Assembly: GCA_023229365.1 (NCBI GenBank)
Contig: JALNZK010000003.1
Span: 10,339-74,338 of the forward strand
Source: Pseudomonadota bacterium
GTDB taxonomy: Bacteria > Myxococcota_A > Polyangia > JAAYKL01
Length of the DNA stretch: 64,000 nt
Direction of reading: 5' to 3'
Part shown: piece after piece, positions 16,591 to 25,092 of the stretch
Layout of the letters: each line of letters starts with the position of its first letter
Numbering within the stretch: the stretch's first letter is position 1
Position numbers and translations under genes: made by a program
Notes under the pieces: model-generated
The model's input: only the letters and a program-made list of their open reading frames with translations
Told to the model about the DNA's origin: nothing
The model's database searches: none

Positions 16591-16775
16591 AAGCCACTAA
16601 GAAATTGATATATATAACAATCATCCTCGCTAAATAGGGAGAGATGTCCCAAGGGCGCGAATTATAGGCCCGCGAGGAGACATAAACGGACCGCCGTAGG
16701 TTTCATTTTTTCAGAAACAGAGGCACGGAGGGAAGAATGGAGACGAATTTCCCTTGGGACGTTTTGAATTATTGT
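16591..16775 (-). ncRNA. candidate ~200-nt structured small RNA (strand assignment tentative)
   Basis: ORF-free, GC-richer stretch between a TATAAATA box (16782-16793) and the U7 terminator. Perfect 10-bp long-range helix GTCCCAAGGG (16649-16658) / CCCTTGGGAC (16752-16761) encloses about 93 nt with inner helices. Confidence 0.35.
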
Positions 16776-16781
16776 TCTAAT

Positions 16782-16793
16782 GGTATTTATAGA
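16782..16793 (-). promoter_or_regulatory. TATA/-10-like box TCTATAAATACC
   Basis: Recurrent motif, directly after the stop of gene 16800..17183. Confidence 0.45.
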
Positions 16794-16799
16794 TTACGG

Positions 16800-17183
16800 T
16801 CAATCTTGGTTTGTGTACGAAGCTAAGGCTTGTTCCGCTAAGAATTCTCCAAACAAACCCTCCATTACCTCTTCGTAACCCCAATTCCACAAGAAATAAT
16901 ATGTGTCGCCCTCGAAGCGTTTTAGTTGAGCTAATTCACGTTTCCATTCTTGCCTTCTCTTGACCCTCATGCGCCAATCTTTCCAACCCCTCATTCGACC
17001 CCAAGCGGCATAGGGATGGTATCCGATCCAAGTGGGCCAAAGAAGGTCGTTCGCGATAGGATCTATTAAATCTTCTGCTTTTAATTTCTGCGAAGAAATC
17101 CAACCACAGTATCCGGGACCGCCAATTATAGGGCGTTTGTTATAAATCCTTCTGGTTCTGGTCAAAGTTTTACTCTCCCACAA
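16800..17183 (-). CDS. hypothetical Trp-rich protein (127 aa)
   Basis: ORF track; dominant strand. Confidence 0.5.
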   Translation of the reverse strand: MWESKTLTRTRRIYNKRPIIGGPGYCGWISSQKLKAEDLIDPIANDLLWPTWIGYHPYAAWGRMRGWKDWRMRVKRRQEWKRELAQLKRFEGDTYYFLWNWGYEEVMEGLFGEFLAEQALASYTNQD

Positions 17184-17529
17184 TCGACTCCACGCATTCC
17201 TTCAGCATTTCCCAACATTCCTCTTTCGATACTTCGCGATTTATACTCATTCCCCGCCCCAAATATTTATACCAAGAAACTTCAATATCTTTGTATTTGA
17301 AATTAAATAGCTGATTATTTTCCTCATTCCAGTCGTGGGCGTTAACCTCAAAAATAGAATTATGCCATCGCGCACCAGTGTTTCTAAATGGATTTCCGTT
17401 AGAGATTTTCTTATTGTAAAAAAACTGAGCAAGATATTCTAATGCCGCAGCTATATGATCAGGACACTCAAATTTTTGTGGTTCCTGACCATAAAAGATT
17501 TGCCCCAATTCGGGCTCATATTCTTTCAT
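17170..17529 (-). CDS. hypothetical protein (119 aa)
   Basis: ORF track; dominant strand; overlaps neighbours. Confidence 0.5.
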   Translation of the reverse strand: MKEYEPELGQIFYGQEPQKFECPDHIAAALEYLAQFFYNKKISNGNPFRNTGARWHNSIFEVNAHDWNEENNQLFNFKYKDIEVSWYKYLGRGMSINREVSKEECWEMLKECVESIVGE

Positions 17530-17714
17530 CTAAACACTCCCAATAAAATCGCTCCACCAATGGCCATCGTTACTCCAAGAACTATCATACCAAGATCTAT
17601 GATAAAACAAATATGTTTAAACGTTTCTGGAAAAATTCTGGCCAACTTAGGATCAAATTCGGCTGGCTCATATTCGGTCCTTTTATCGGATGCCTCACGA
17701 GGCCTTCTTCCCAT
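17526..17714 (-). CDS. small C-terminally membrane-anchored protein
   Basis: ORF track gives 17526..17783. The ATG at 17714 lies just after the stop of the upstream gene. C-terminal hydrophobic helix IIDLGMIVLGVTMAIGGAILLGVF. Confidence 0.45.
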   Translation of the reverse strand: MGRRPREASDKRTEYEPAEFDPKLARIFPETFKHICFIIDLGMIVLGVTMAIGGAILLGVFR

Positions 17715-17715
17715 T

Positions 17716-18408
17716 TTATCCACCCTTCCATTCATAACATTCGCTATAGAGATCTCGTTTCTCATTCGAATCAAAAATCTCAACTACCCCATCTTTTATA
17801 ACTGCATACCTAAATCTTCCAGAATCAAATCCTACTTTACAATACGGATCAATCATATAGAAATCTTTTATGGGACGACACCATGAAGGAGGTGTATGCC
17901 CCACTACCTGCACTATTTCAGGGTGAGGATTAACTCCTTCTCCAGGCCGGAACCACAAAATGTTATCTCCAGACCATAAGTTAACCAATGGAGTTCTATT
18001 TAGAGTTTCTTTGATAAGACCCACATCATTTTGCCTACTAAAATATACATCAGATAGTCCCGCATGAGTAATTAATACGCCATCATGTACCGCAGCCATT
18101 TTAAATTCGTTCTGGATTTTAATAATTTTTTCTTGTTCCTCATAATTTATCATATTCTGAGGCCAGATCTGTTTATTTAATATAATGGCAGCGTCATGAT
18201 TCCCAATTAAAAGTTCTGCGTTATTTCTTTGTAGGATATCTATACATTCTAACGCTGAATATCCAATATCAACCAGATCTCCACAAAATACAAGTCTATC
18301 TGTATTTTTGTCATATCTAGAATGTTTTAAAACATTAGTAATAAGGTGAGGGCTTCCATGCGCGTCGGAGCAAATTATACATCTAATAGTAATCATCCTC
18401 ATATTCAT
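17716..18408 (-). CDS. calcineurin-like metallophosphoesterase (lambda-phosphatase/PrpE-like)
   Basis: CSDAHG, GDLVDIGY, GNHD, THAG and GHT motifs in canonical order. Confidence 0.75.
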   Translation of the reverse strand: MNMRMITIRCIICSDAHGSPHLITNVLKHSRYDKNTDRLVFCGDLVDIGYSALECIDILQRNNAELLIGNHDAAIILNKQIWPQNMINYEEQEKIIKIQNEFKMAAVHDGVLITHAGLSDVYFSRQNDVGLIKETLNRTPLVNLWSGDNILWFRPGEGVNPHPEIVQVVGHTPPSWCRPIKDFYMIDPYCKVGFDSGRFRYAVIKDGVVEIFDSNEKRDLYSECYEWKGG

Positions 18409-18631
18409 TATATGGCGGGTCTAACCAGTCTAAATAATCATACCACATTTCTACCGCGTAACCCATCGGGTCTTTAATTATCTCGGTCCAATTAATATCT
18501 CCATCTCTGTTTTTAATTTCAGTCTCCTTAAACCTCCTCAAATTCTCCTTCCTGTGGCTCAAATATTGTTTTACTTTCCAAGAAAAACAATCTGGACAGG
18601 CATCGAACCTGTCGAAACGGGAACGGATCAT
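18383..18631 (-). CDS. hypothetical protein (82 aa)
   Basis: ORF track; dominant strand. Confidence 0.45.
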   Translation of the reverse strand: MIRSRFDRFDACPDCFSWKVKQYLSHRKENLRRFKETEIKNRDGDINWTEIIKDPMGYAVEMWYDYLDWLDPPYNEYEDDYY

Positions 18632-18933
18632 GGATATTCTCTTCTGTAGAACTTCATCACTTCGAGTTGAAATTTTTCCATTAATTCATCTTTTATTGTC
18701 GGATATCGATCGACCTCTTTCCATAATTCCTCCAACATCTCTTCTTTGACGCGATCTCTTTCTAAATAATAGCTAACATCTATTTTCTGGAGATCATCAA
18801 TTAATTGTCGGATTGCTTGAAAATCCAAAGATATACTGTTTTCTTCTCCTGCGTCTATAATTACTTTTTCTCCCAAATAAGGTCCGTAATTGTGAATATA
18901 GACCTTTGCTGCACCAAAATCCTCGGTCACCAA
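18628..18933 (-). CDS. hypothetical protein (101 aa)
   Basis: ORF track; dominant strand; 4-nt overlap downstream. Confidence 0.5.
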   Translation of the reverse strand: MVTEDFGAAKVYIHNYGPYLGEKVIIDAGEENSISLDFQAIRQLIDDLQKIDVSYYLERDRVKEEMLEELWKEVDRYPTIKDELMEKFQLEVMKFYRREYP

Positions 18934-19088
18934 TATGTATAACCCCTATCTTTTGTTACTGTAAAAATCTCTCCAAACTTCTTAAAATATTGTCGCTCGC
19001 GAATCCTAAACGCTTTGTTCTCTGCGCGACGCCATTTAGCTGGTGCGTGATGAGACCAGTATTTTGTATTCTTTATTGTATGAGACAT
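18927..19088 (-). CDS. small basic protein (53 aa)
   Basis: Hand translation: MSHTIKNTKYWSHHAPAKWRRAENKAFRIRERQYFKKFGEIF... The stop overlaps the start of the next gene. Below the ORF-track length cut-off. Confidence 0.4.
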   Translation of the reverse strand: MSHTIKNTKYWSHHAPAKWRRAENKAFRIRERQYFKKFGEIFTVTKDRGYTYW

Positions 19089-19149
19089 AATTCGAACCGA
19101 TTATTTCTAGATCTGGAATCTGGCGCATCTGCCTTGTCCCCAAAAATTT

Positions 19150-19902
19150 TTAAAGAGGGTTCGGCACCCTCGTACTATATACCTTCTTTAGAGGTTTAAT
19201 ATCAGATGACTCTTCTTTATTGAACGCGATTCTTAAATATATAGATGTCGCAGGTTCTGTGTACTCCAGTGCGTCCACCTCATTAAACTTTTGGTTGCTT
19301 TTCCCAGAGAGTCCAGTTCCTCCGCTGATTAAACTGCGAGAGGCATAGGAACAGTTATCGGAGGAAAATTTGGCGTCACTAGATGTTACCGCGGAAGATC
19401 CACCACTATTCGTCTCACAAGAGAAAGATGATACCGTATCCCAATCCGAGACTGCATAGGCGTAAACTCTGGGCGGATTCCAAGGTTTTTCTGGGGTTTT
19501 TGTGATATAAGGCCAAGGATCTACGACAATTGGATGTTGAATTATAGGAACACATATCTTATTCCCAGGTCTAAATACCGCGCGAATTAATCCCATAGAT
19601 TTGTTATGGTCAATCTTCGCGATTTTAGCCTCTTCTGAATCAATTCTATAGGCAGTAAATCTTTGATTAGAATGCTCTGGCCTTTCAAGGATCATGCTTT
19701 GCCCACTCTCGATTCTGTAGATACCGCAGAATTCATCGTCGATATAGATTTCTACATCACAGGGTTTTCCATGACCGTCCTCTTTGTGATGATTAGAAAG
19801 TTTTAAAGAATACTGTTGTCTGTGCCGCATTATTACATAGCTCTCCGAAGTTTCACTTAAACACTCGGGAACTTTTACTGAAAATCCATTGAGACTTGCC
19901 AT
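19150..19902 (-). CDS. hypothetical protein (250 aa)
   Basis: ORF track; preceded by promoter box 19963-19973. Confidence 0.55.
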   Translation of the reverse strand: MASLNGFSVKVPECLSETSESYVIMRHRQQYSLKLSNHHKEDGHGKPCDVEIYIDDEFCGIYRIESGQSMILERPEHSNQRFTAYRIDSEEAKIAKIDHNKSMGLIRAVFRPGNKICVPIIQHPIVVDPWPYITKTPEKPWNPPRVYAYAVSDWDTVSSFSCETNSGGSSAVTSSDAKFSSDNCSYASRSLISGGTGLSGKSNQKFNEVDALEYTEPATSIYLRIAFNKEESSDIKPLKKVYSTRVPNPL

Positions 19903-19962
19903 TTAAAACTCACATCCATATTACATCCGCTTGGGATGAGGATATCTTAAATATGAGATCGA

Positions 19963-19973
19963 TACTATTTATA
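19963..19973 (-). promoter_or_regulatory. TATAAATAGTA promoter box
   Basis: Intergenic, 60 nt upstream of ATG 19902. Confidence 0.5.
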
Positions 19974-19999
19974 TTTATTGGTCATCAGTATATTTTCAA

Positions 20000-20275
20000 T
20001 CACAGAAGTTCCTCGATTAGCATATCTATAAAATCGTTGTCATGCCGATCGTTATAGCGAAAACATAATGCCCATCCAGCACTCACACGTTCCCAGGATT
20101 CATCTAATTTTCCTAAATCGGTAAGATGTTCCAGCGCAAAATGAACATCCGTTTTACTCAATCCAGTCTGCACTACTAAATTAGAAAAATATGGAAGATA
20201 GCAGTACCTACATGCAACCGCAACCTTTAGATTTCTTGACAAAAGGTTCCATCTTTCTTGGTTGAAGCATTTCAT
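20000..20275 (-). CDS. hypothetical protein (91 aa), possibly winged-helix
   Basis: ORF track; 4-nt overlap with upstream gene. Confidence 0.45.
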   Translation of the reverse strand: MKCFNQERWNLLSRNLKVAVACRYCYLPYFSNLVVQTGLSKTDVHFALEHLTDLGKLDESWERVSAGWALCFRYNDRHDNDFIDMLIEELL

Positions 20276-20496
20276 TTAGATTCCCACCACCGACCTTCAA
20301 CGCCACACGCGCCATCAAGGCGACACGAAATCCAACCACCAAGGAGAGACGACCTTTGGGTGCTGCAATAGTTATATCTTCTTTCTTCTTCAAACCCAGT
20401 CTGTTTATTTATATTTTTCTTGTTTTGAGGAGCGCGACATTCAGCAAATTCTCCTGGATTTTTACACCATCTACATTCTTTGCAAAGTTTTATCAT
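20272..20496 (-). CDS. Cys-rich small protein (CKECRWC ... CG.EGRWWE.K family)
   Basis: ATG 20496 overlaps the radical-SAM stop (ATGA). Paralog of 43286..43606. Confidence 0.5.
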   Translation of the reverse strand: MIKLCKECRWCKNPGEFAECRAPQNKKNINKQTGFEEERRYNYCSTQRSSLLGGWISCRLDGACGVEGRWWESK

Positions 20497-21560
20497 TTCC
20501 ACACCTCCGATTCCCAACAACTAAGTGCCGCTATATTCCAATCTGTAACTCCGTAAGACATCACATTACCGCCAAAGCAACCTCCATAGGAATCTCGCGG
20601 CTTGCGCTTAGTAGAAGAAGTTACTTCTTCAAAAATCTTTTGGACCTCTTCTGTCGTTAATTTTATCTCTTCCTTTTCTTCTGGGGTTATCTGTGGTTTA
20701 GGATGTTGACCGTGCTTTACTTTCTCTATGGGTGCAATAGTCGGCGTACATTCATCTATTTTGGGATACGAAACACAATTCCTACAGGACTTCGACCAAC
20801 CAGATCCGAACCTTATGTCTCTGAACTCGGTTTCCCATATATCTTTTAAAGACCTCTTAAATAAATTCCCTTGAACCGATATGCTTCCTGATGTTCTTTC
20901 GCTCAGACAAGGAATTACGTCTCCATCCACCGTAATCCCACATGAAACAATTCCTGCGGAGCATTTATGTTCATCCTGTAGATTATCTGCTAGGATGTAT
21001 TTTACGCCCTCTAATTCGCGAATTTTCTTTCTCAAGTAAGAAATCCCTTCAGAACTTAACATAAACTCCGATCCCGTAGTTAACTGAATCTGCCAAGATC
21101 TAAACGATTTAGCAATCTCGGCTAACGCATCGAATTCCCAAATGTTATGAGTTCCGAAATTTGTAACCATAACAATCTTGTTGTGTGGAATTTTCGGAAG
21201 ATACATTGGGTATAAATGGTCTCTTGGGGTGTTCACAGATAACCCAATTATGGTAAACTTTTCCAGTAGTTCTTTACTATGAGCAAAAAATGTACCATTT
21301 GTAATAATTCTTACGTCGCAGTTGTAAGACTTTAAAACATCAACTACTCTATTCAATTTATTGGACGAAAGCCCTCCGGGTTCTCCTCCACTTAGGGTGA
21401 CTACATCGACTCCGTAGGAGCCAATTTCGTGCGCGATATGAATCATATGTTCCAAAGTCGGATGGTCTTCCCTCAAAACATCCTTCGAACCACAGTATTT
21501 ACAACCTTTGTTACATCTAAGTGTAATTTCCCATATTATGTCCTTTAATTTAAGACTCAT
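20493..21560 (-). CDS. radical SAM enzyme with SPASM/twitch-like C-terminal Cys cluster
   Basis: Canonical CNKGCKYCG (Cx3Cx2C). C-terminal CSAGIVSCGITVDGDVIPC ... CRNC. Confidence 0.75.
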   Translation of the reverse strand: MSLKLKDIIWEITLRCNKGCKYCGSKDVLREDHPTLEHMIHIAHEIGSYGVDVVTLSGGEPGGLSSNKLNRVVDVLKSYNCDVRIITNGTFFAHSKELLEKFTIIGLSVNTPRDHLYPMYLPKIPHNKIVMVTNFGTHNIWEFDALAEIAKSFRSWQIQLTTGSEFMLSSEGISYLRKKIRELEGVKYILADNLQDEHKCSAGIVSCGITVDGDVIPCLSERTSGSISVQGNLFKRSLKDIWETEFRDIRFGSGWSKSCRNCVSYPKIDECTPTIAPIEKVKHGQHPKPQITPEEKEEIKLTTEEVQKIFEEVTSSTKRKPRDSYGGCFGGNVMSYGVTDWNIAALSCWESEVWK

Positions 21561-21828
21561 TTTCTCGTATCTCCTCTCTAATTTTACTTATTTCGTCCCA
21601 ATGTCTTGATATAAGCCCCGCCATGTATTCTCTGGTTTCCATGTCAGAGAAAACCTCTAAGTCATTAAAATCTCGAAGTACTATATCCTTTATCTCCTGC
21701 CTCTCTAATAAACTTTTCTCTGCTTCCGGCACCGATCTTCCTATTCCATAGTTACCCGGACTATCCGTGTCAAAGGCATAGTATTTTTTATCCTTATCCT
21801 TCCAGGGTTTAATACATTTTATGGGCAT
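21550..21828 (-). CDS. hypothetical protein (92 aa)
   Basis: ORF track; promoter box 21844-21854 lies 15 nt upstream. Confidence 0.5.
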   Translation of the reverse strand: MPIKCIKPWKDKDKKYYAFDTDSPGNYGIGRSVPEAEKSLLERQEIKDIVLRDFNDLEVFSDMETREYMAGLISRHWDEISKIREEIRENES

Positions 21829-21843
21829 ATCTCTCCTATCGCA

Positions 21844-21854
21844 AACTATTTAAA
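21844..21854 (-). promoter_or_regulatory. TTTAAATAGTT promoter box
   Basis: Intergenic; close to ATG 21828, a near-leaderless geometry. Confidence 0.45.
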
Positions 21855-21923
21855 TCATTAAAATAATATGGGTTTAATGGTCTAGTGGGTGGATAGATCT
21901 AGAATTGATAGTCTCCCGATATA

Positions 21924-22133
21924 CTAGACCCTCACCTCTTCAATCTCGTTTCCAAGGAACCACTCTATTTTATCCTTAACTTTTAGGATCATCAGCCTGA
22001 TTTTCCAATCCATCGGTTCGTTCTCTTGTTCCTCTAAATATTTAAGAGCATTTTCTAGGAGAGATAAACCATTATCTGTAATCCTATATTCTTTATCTTC
22101 CATAATATTAAACCTCTTTCTTATTGATATCAA
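21924..22133 (-). CDS. hypothetical protein (69 aa)
   Basis: ORF track; dominant strand. Confidence 0.45.
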   Translation of the reverse strand: MISIRKRFNIMEDKEYRITDNGLSLLENALKYLEEQENEPMDWKIRLMILKVKDKIEWFLGNEIEEVRV

Positions 22134-22284
22134 ATTTAGTTTTCACCCATTCAAATAATTCGTCTCGATCTTCTGAAGACAAACCTCCAACATACAAACT
22201 CATATGTATATAGTGCTTACCTTCATTGTGAATATCTTCTCCAGATGTCCACGTAAATCCTCCAGGTTTTATTTTATCTACCAC
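22114..22284 (-). CDS. small protein (56 aa, GTG start)
   Basis: Hand translation: VDKIKPGGFTWTSGEDIHNEGKHYIHMSLYVGGLSSEDRDELFEWVKTKF... Fills the gap between annotated ORFs. Confidence 0.4.
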
Positions 22285-22531
22285 TTAAACCATACTCCTT
22301 AATATCCTGTATCAAATCTACAAGTTTTTCATATTTAGATAATATCGCGATTCCCGCAAGGGATACGTTCGGGTCCCAAGATTCTTCTGCCTTCTTAATG
22401 GTCTCATAAAGATCTTTCTGGACCAGTTCTAAATAGACGCGATCTACGGGAGGCTTGGTGGGATAGGTGTGGGTGTGACTTGTTTTAAGGTAGTACTCCT
22501 CGTCAAACTGCCCATTCATGTAGGGTTCCAC
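22274..22531 (-). CDS. hypothetical protein (85 aa)
   Basis: ORF track; 2-nt gap after the radical SAM gene. Confidence 0.5.
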   Translation of the reverse strand: MEPYMNGQFDEEYYLKTSHTHTYPTKPPVDRVYLELVQKDLYETIKKAEESWDPNVSLAGIAILSKYEKLVDLIQDIKEYGLSGR

Positions 22532-22533
22532 GG

Positions 22534-23547
22534 TTACACCTCATATATCGGACAAACTCTTTCGTTCGCAATCAGTACTTTTCTAAACCATTTAAACTCT
22601 TCGCCGTACCATACGTCCTGTAACAGTCCATCACATTTAAGAAGATTTTCTTCGTTTAATCTCCCTTCGCAGAAACTACAGGGCAATACGTCTCCTCTTA
22701 CGTTTATATACGCACTAAACAGCGTAGACTCACACGGCTCAATACTCTGTTTCATCTGTTTCTTTATGATGTCGTATTTCGGATGTCTGTCCAAATACCG
22801 GAGAAACCGACCAGATGAGCAACTGTCGAACCCGAACCTGATCCAGTTATCGAGGCAATAACTTACTAGCGTATTAAACCTCTCTTGGCTCATCCGGGTG
22901 TAACCTTCTCCCCGGCCTTTCTTTTTAAGGGAAAGAAATACGATGGCATTTAAATCTTTGAGTCTAGGATCTGTTTCAATATCGTGGACGGTTTCTAGAC
23001 AATTCGCGTAGGTCTCCTCCGCTACCAATTGGTGGATATTAACTTGTTTTAATCCTGCGGCAACCAATTTCTCGACAGCAGAGTAGCAAACATTTTTGTC
23101 GTCATATCTTGAAACGGCTATGGCTCCACAAACCTCCGCTAATTTAAAAACCCAGGCATCGGTTAATCCCCAGCCATTTATGGTAACGTTTGGTACTACA
23201 TTATGATCTCTGCAATACCAAAATATTTCCAATAAGTCGGGATTCGCGTTCAGATCTCCAAGTCCAAAGGCAATTTGCAAAACTGAATTTGGCAATTTGT
23301 GGAATATGTTCCTGAAAGTCTCAAGACTCATATTCTCTCCAATACCTGTATTTGATTTATAGCAGTGAGAACATGGTTTTCCATTTATCCCATGACAGAT
23401 GGTGGAGACCTCACAATCTATGAGTTCTGGCCCTATCGGTGAAAACTGAGGATCATCGTTCTTGTCTAGGCCCCATCTACTAAACTTTCCCGTAATATCA
23501 TCAAAATCGTAGTTGTATGATGGTGTACGGACGGATTTAATGGACAT
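22534..23547 (-). CDS. radical SAM-like enzyme with non-canonical Cx7Cx2C cluster motif and SPASM/twitch-like C-terminus
   Basis: EVSTICHGINGKPCSHCY; C-terminal IEPCESTLFSAYINVRGDVLPCSFC ... CPIYEV. Starts 7 nt after the last tagged paralog. Confidence 0.65.
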   Translation of the reverse strand: MSIKSVRTPSYNYDFDDITGKFSRWGLDKNDDPQFSPIGPELIDCEVSTICHGINGKPCSHCYKSNTGIGENMSLETFRNIFHKLPNSVLQIAFGLGDLNANPDLLEIFWYCRDHNVVPNVTINGWGLTDAWVFKLAEVCGAIAVSRYDDKNVCYSAVEKLVAAGLKQVNIHQLVAEETYANCLETVHDIETDPRLKDLNAIVFLSLKKKGRGEGYTRMSQERFNTLVSYCLDNWIRFGFDSCSSGRFLRYLDRHPKYDIIKKQMKQSIEPCESTLFSAYINVRGDVLPCSFCEGRLNEENLLKCDGLLQDVWYGEEFKWFRKVLIANERVCPIYEV

Positions 23548-23554
23548 TCGCGAC

Positions 23555-23800
23555 CTACCTCGCTATTGTAAACTCATTGGTCAACTCAATTAATCTTTGA
23601 TCCTTTAATTCTCTGGCACGTATTTTAATATTGATTAATGTATTTATTAACCTTGACACCATTTCATGATTAATCTCATACATCTCACATCCAGTACCAA
23701 ATTCCTCTGTTTCTAAATACAATGGTTCTTCCTCATCTCTAAATTTTACAACAAAACTGGAAGAACTACTATTAGATACGAATCCGTCTCTAGTCTTCAT
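23555..23800 (-). CDS. tagged small protein P6 (N-terminal R-x-GFVSNSSSSSF tag)
   Basis: MKTRDGFVSNSSSSSFVVKF...; acidic helical remainder; ATGA overlap with P5. Confidence 0.7.
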   Translation of the reverse strand: MKTRDGFVSNSSSSSFVVKFRDEEEPLYLETEEFGTGCEMYEINHEMVSRLINTLINIKIRARELKDQRLIELTNEFTIAR

Positions 23801-24174
23801 GTTTTTATATACTCCTTCAATTCCGCATACGTCTTAAATTTTTCTTTAATCTCATCCTGCGCTATGTTGTAACTTACATTTCTAGATTTGAATATGTATT
23901 TTAAAACTTCTTCAGAGTCAAAAGCCAGAAGATTACATACGGGACACAAAGTAGATGGAACTTCTCCTTCCCATTCGTCTTTATCTTTTATTTCGTTTAT
24001 TAAAACTTTAATTTCTGAGGACAAACAAAATTCATGGAATAAATGCTCGTTTTCACATCCAACCATATCAAAATCGGAGGGTCCTACCTCGAATCCCGCT
24101 TCTTCTTCACCACATATTGCGCACACAAACGAACTTGAACTTGAGTTCGACACAAATCCCAATCTAACTATCAT
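23797..24174 (-). CDS. tagged small protein P5 (tag plus zinc-ribbon/RING-like module)
   Basis: MIVRLGFVSNSSSSSFVCAICG...CENEHLFHEFC...CPVCN. Confidence 0.7.
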   Translation of the reverse strand: MIVRLGFVSNSSSSSFVCAICGEEEAGFEVGPSDFDMVGCENEHLFHEFCLSSEIKVLINEIKDKDEWEGEVPSTLCPVCNLLAFDSEEVLKYIFKSRNVSYNIAQDEIKEKFKTYAELKEYIKT

Positions 24175-24349
24175 AAATATTTCCCTCTTTAAAATCTTTT
24201 ATGATTTTGGCTTCAACCATTTTGTTTAACATTTCTTCCAGTTTTTCTCTTTCTTCCTCGTATACTTCTAAGGATATTTCTACTCCTTTATATTTTACTA
24301 TAAAAGAGGACGAACTAGAATTACTCACAAATCCTTGTCTAACCTTCAT
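24164..24349 (-). CDS. tagged small protein P4
   Basis: MKVRQGFVSNSSSSSFIVKYKG...; 61 aa; acidic. Confidence 0.65.
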   Translation of the reverse strand: MKVRQGFVSNSSSSSFIVKYKGVEISLEVYEEEREKLEEMLNKMVEAKIIKDFKEGNIYDS

Positions 24350-24653
24350 TATTGCAAATCTCCTCGATAATCTCGTCTACAGTTTTACCAGACTTCTTTA
24401 GCAGGTACTCCTTTAAAGAGTTTGCGCTTGCTCGGCAGAGTGGACAAAACTTCGACGCAACTCTTTGTGGATCAGGTTTTGTTTTCTTGAAAGAGAAATG
24501 TTCTCTACAAAGTAAGTGTCCTTTTTCGCACCTTAATAGATCTCCCATCGATGGTATCTCATCCCAATCCCATCCTTCTTCCATCTTTCCGCAAAGATTG
24601 CAGATAAAAGAACAGGAAGAAGAATTACTTACGAACCCAACTCTTTCTTTCAT
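24339..24653 (-). CDS. tagged small protein P3 (tag plus zinc-ribbon/RING-like module)
   Basis: The ORF track extends to 24767. The internal ATG at 24653 (SD GGAG) gives MKERVGFVSNSSSCSFICNLCG...CEKGHLLCREH...CPLCR, matching its paralogs. Confidence 0.65.
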   Translation of the reverse strand: MKERVGFVSNSSSCSFICNLCGKMEEGWDWDEIPSMGDLLRCEKGHLLCREHFSFKKTKPDPQRVASKFCPLCRASANSLKEYLLKKSGKTVDEIIEEICNNEG

Positions 24654-24666
24654 ATTCGCTCCGCTT

Positions 24667-25092
24667 TCACCTATTATAAAAGTCAAATCTCCACTTAAAT
24701 CTCTTGGACTCTCCGCCGTCGCGAAGGATATAATCGTAAATTTCTCCCAAGAGAGTTCCCTGCTCATCTCCGAACTGGACAGAATTTTCTCCTGGCGCGA
24801 GAGCTTTGGTCTTTTTCGGGGACCAATACATTCCTCTGGATTCTTCTAGTTCTTTTGCCTCTTGGCACATAAGAGAGATTACGTCTTCGAGAGTCTTGAG
24901 ATTTATCTTCTCGTCCTTATGACTTTTCCGAAATTCTTTTCCCACAATTGGAGAATATTCTTCCTCATATTTCTTTATAAGACGTGAGTTTTCTTTTACG
25001 AACTCACAAAGATGGAGTCTCTCTTTAGTTTTATTCTCAATAATAAAACTGGTGGAGCTACTATTAGACACAAATCCAGATCTAGTAATCAC
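24667..25092 (-). CDS. tagged small protein P2
   Basis: GTG 25092 (SD AGGTGATC upstream) gives (M)ITRSGFVSNSSSTSFIIE..., identical in register to P1. The ORF track uses GTG 25101. Confidence 0.65.
   Translation of the reverse strand: MITRSGFVSNSSSTSFIIENKTKERLHLCEFVKENSRLIKKYEEEYSPIVGKEFRKSHKDEKINLKTLEDVISLMCQEAKELEESRGMYWSPKKTKALAPGENSVQFGDEQGTLLGEIYDYILRDGGESKRFKWRFDFYNR

Noticed and set aside
16737-16826. 29-codon plus-strand ORF behind GGAGGG-AAGA-ATG within the structured region upstream of the RNA ligase.
   Set aside because: It is very short and overlaps the 3' end of a minus-strand gene. The SD-like string is also part of a predicted RNA helix region. It is kept only as a caveat on the strand assignment of the candidate sRNA.
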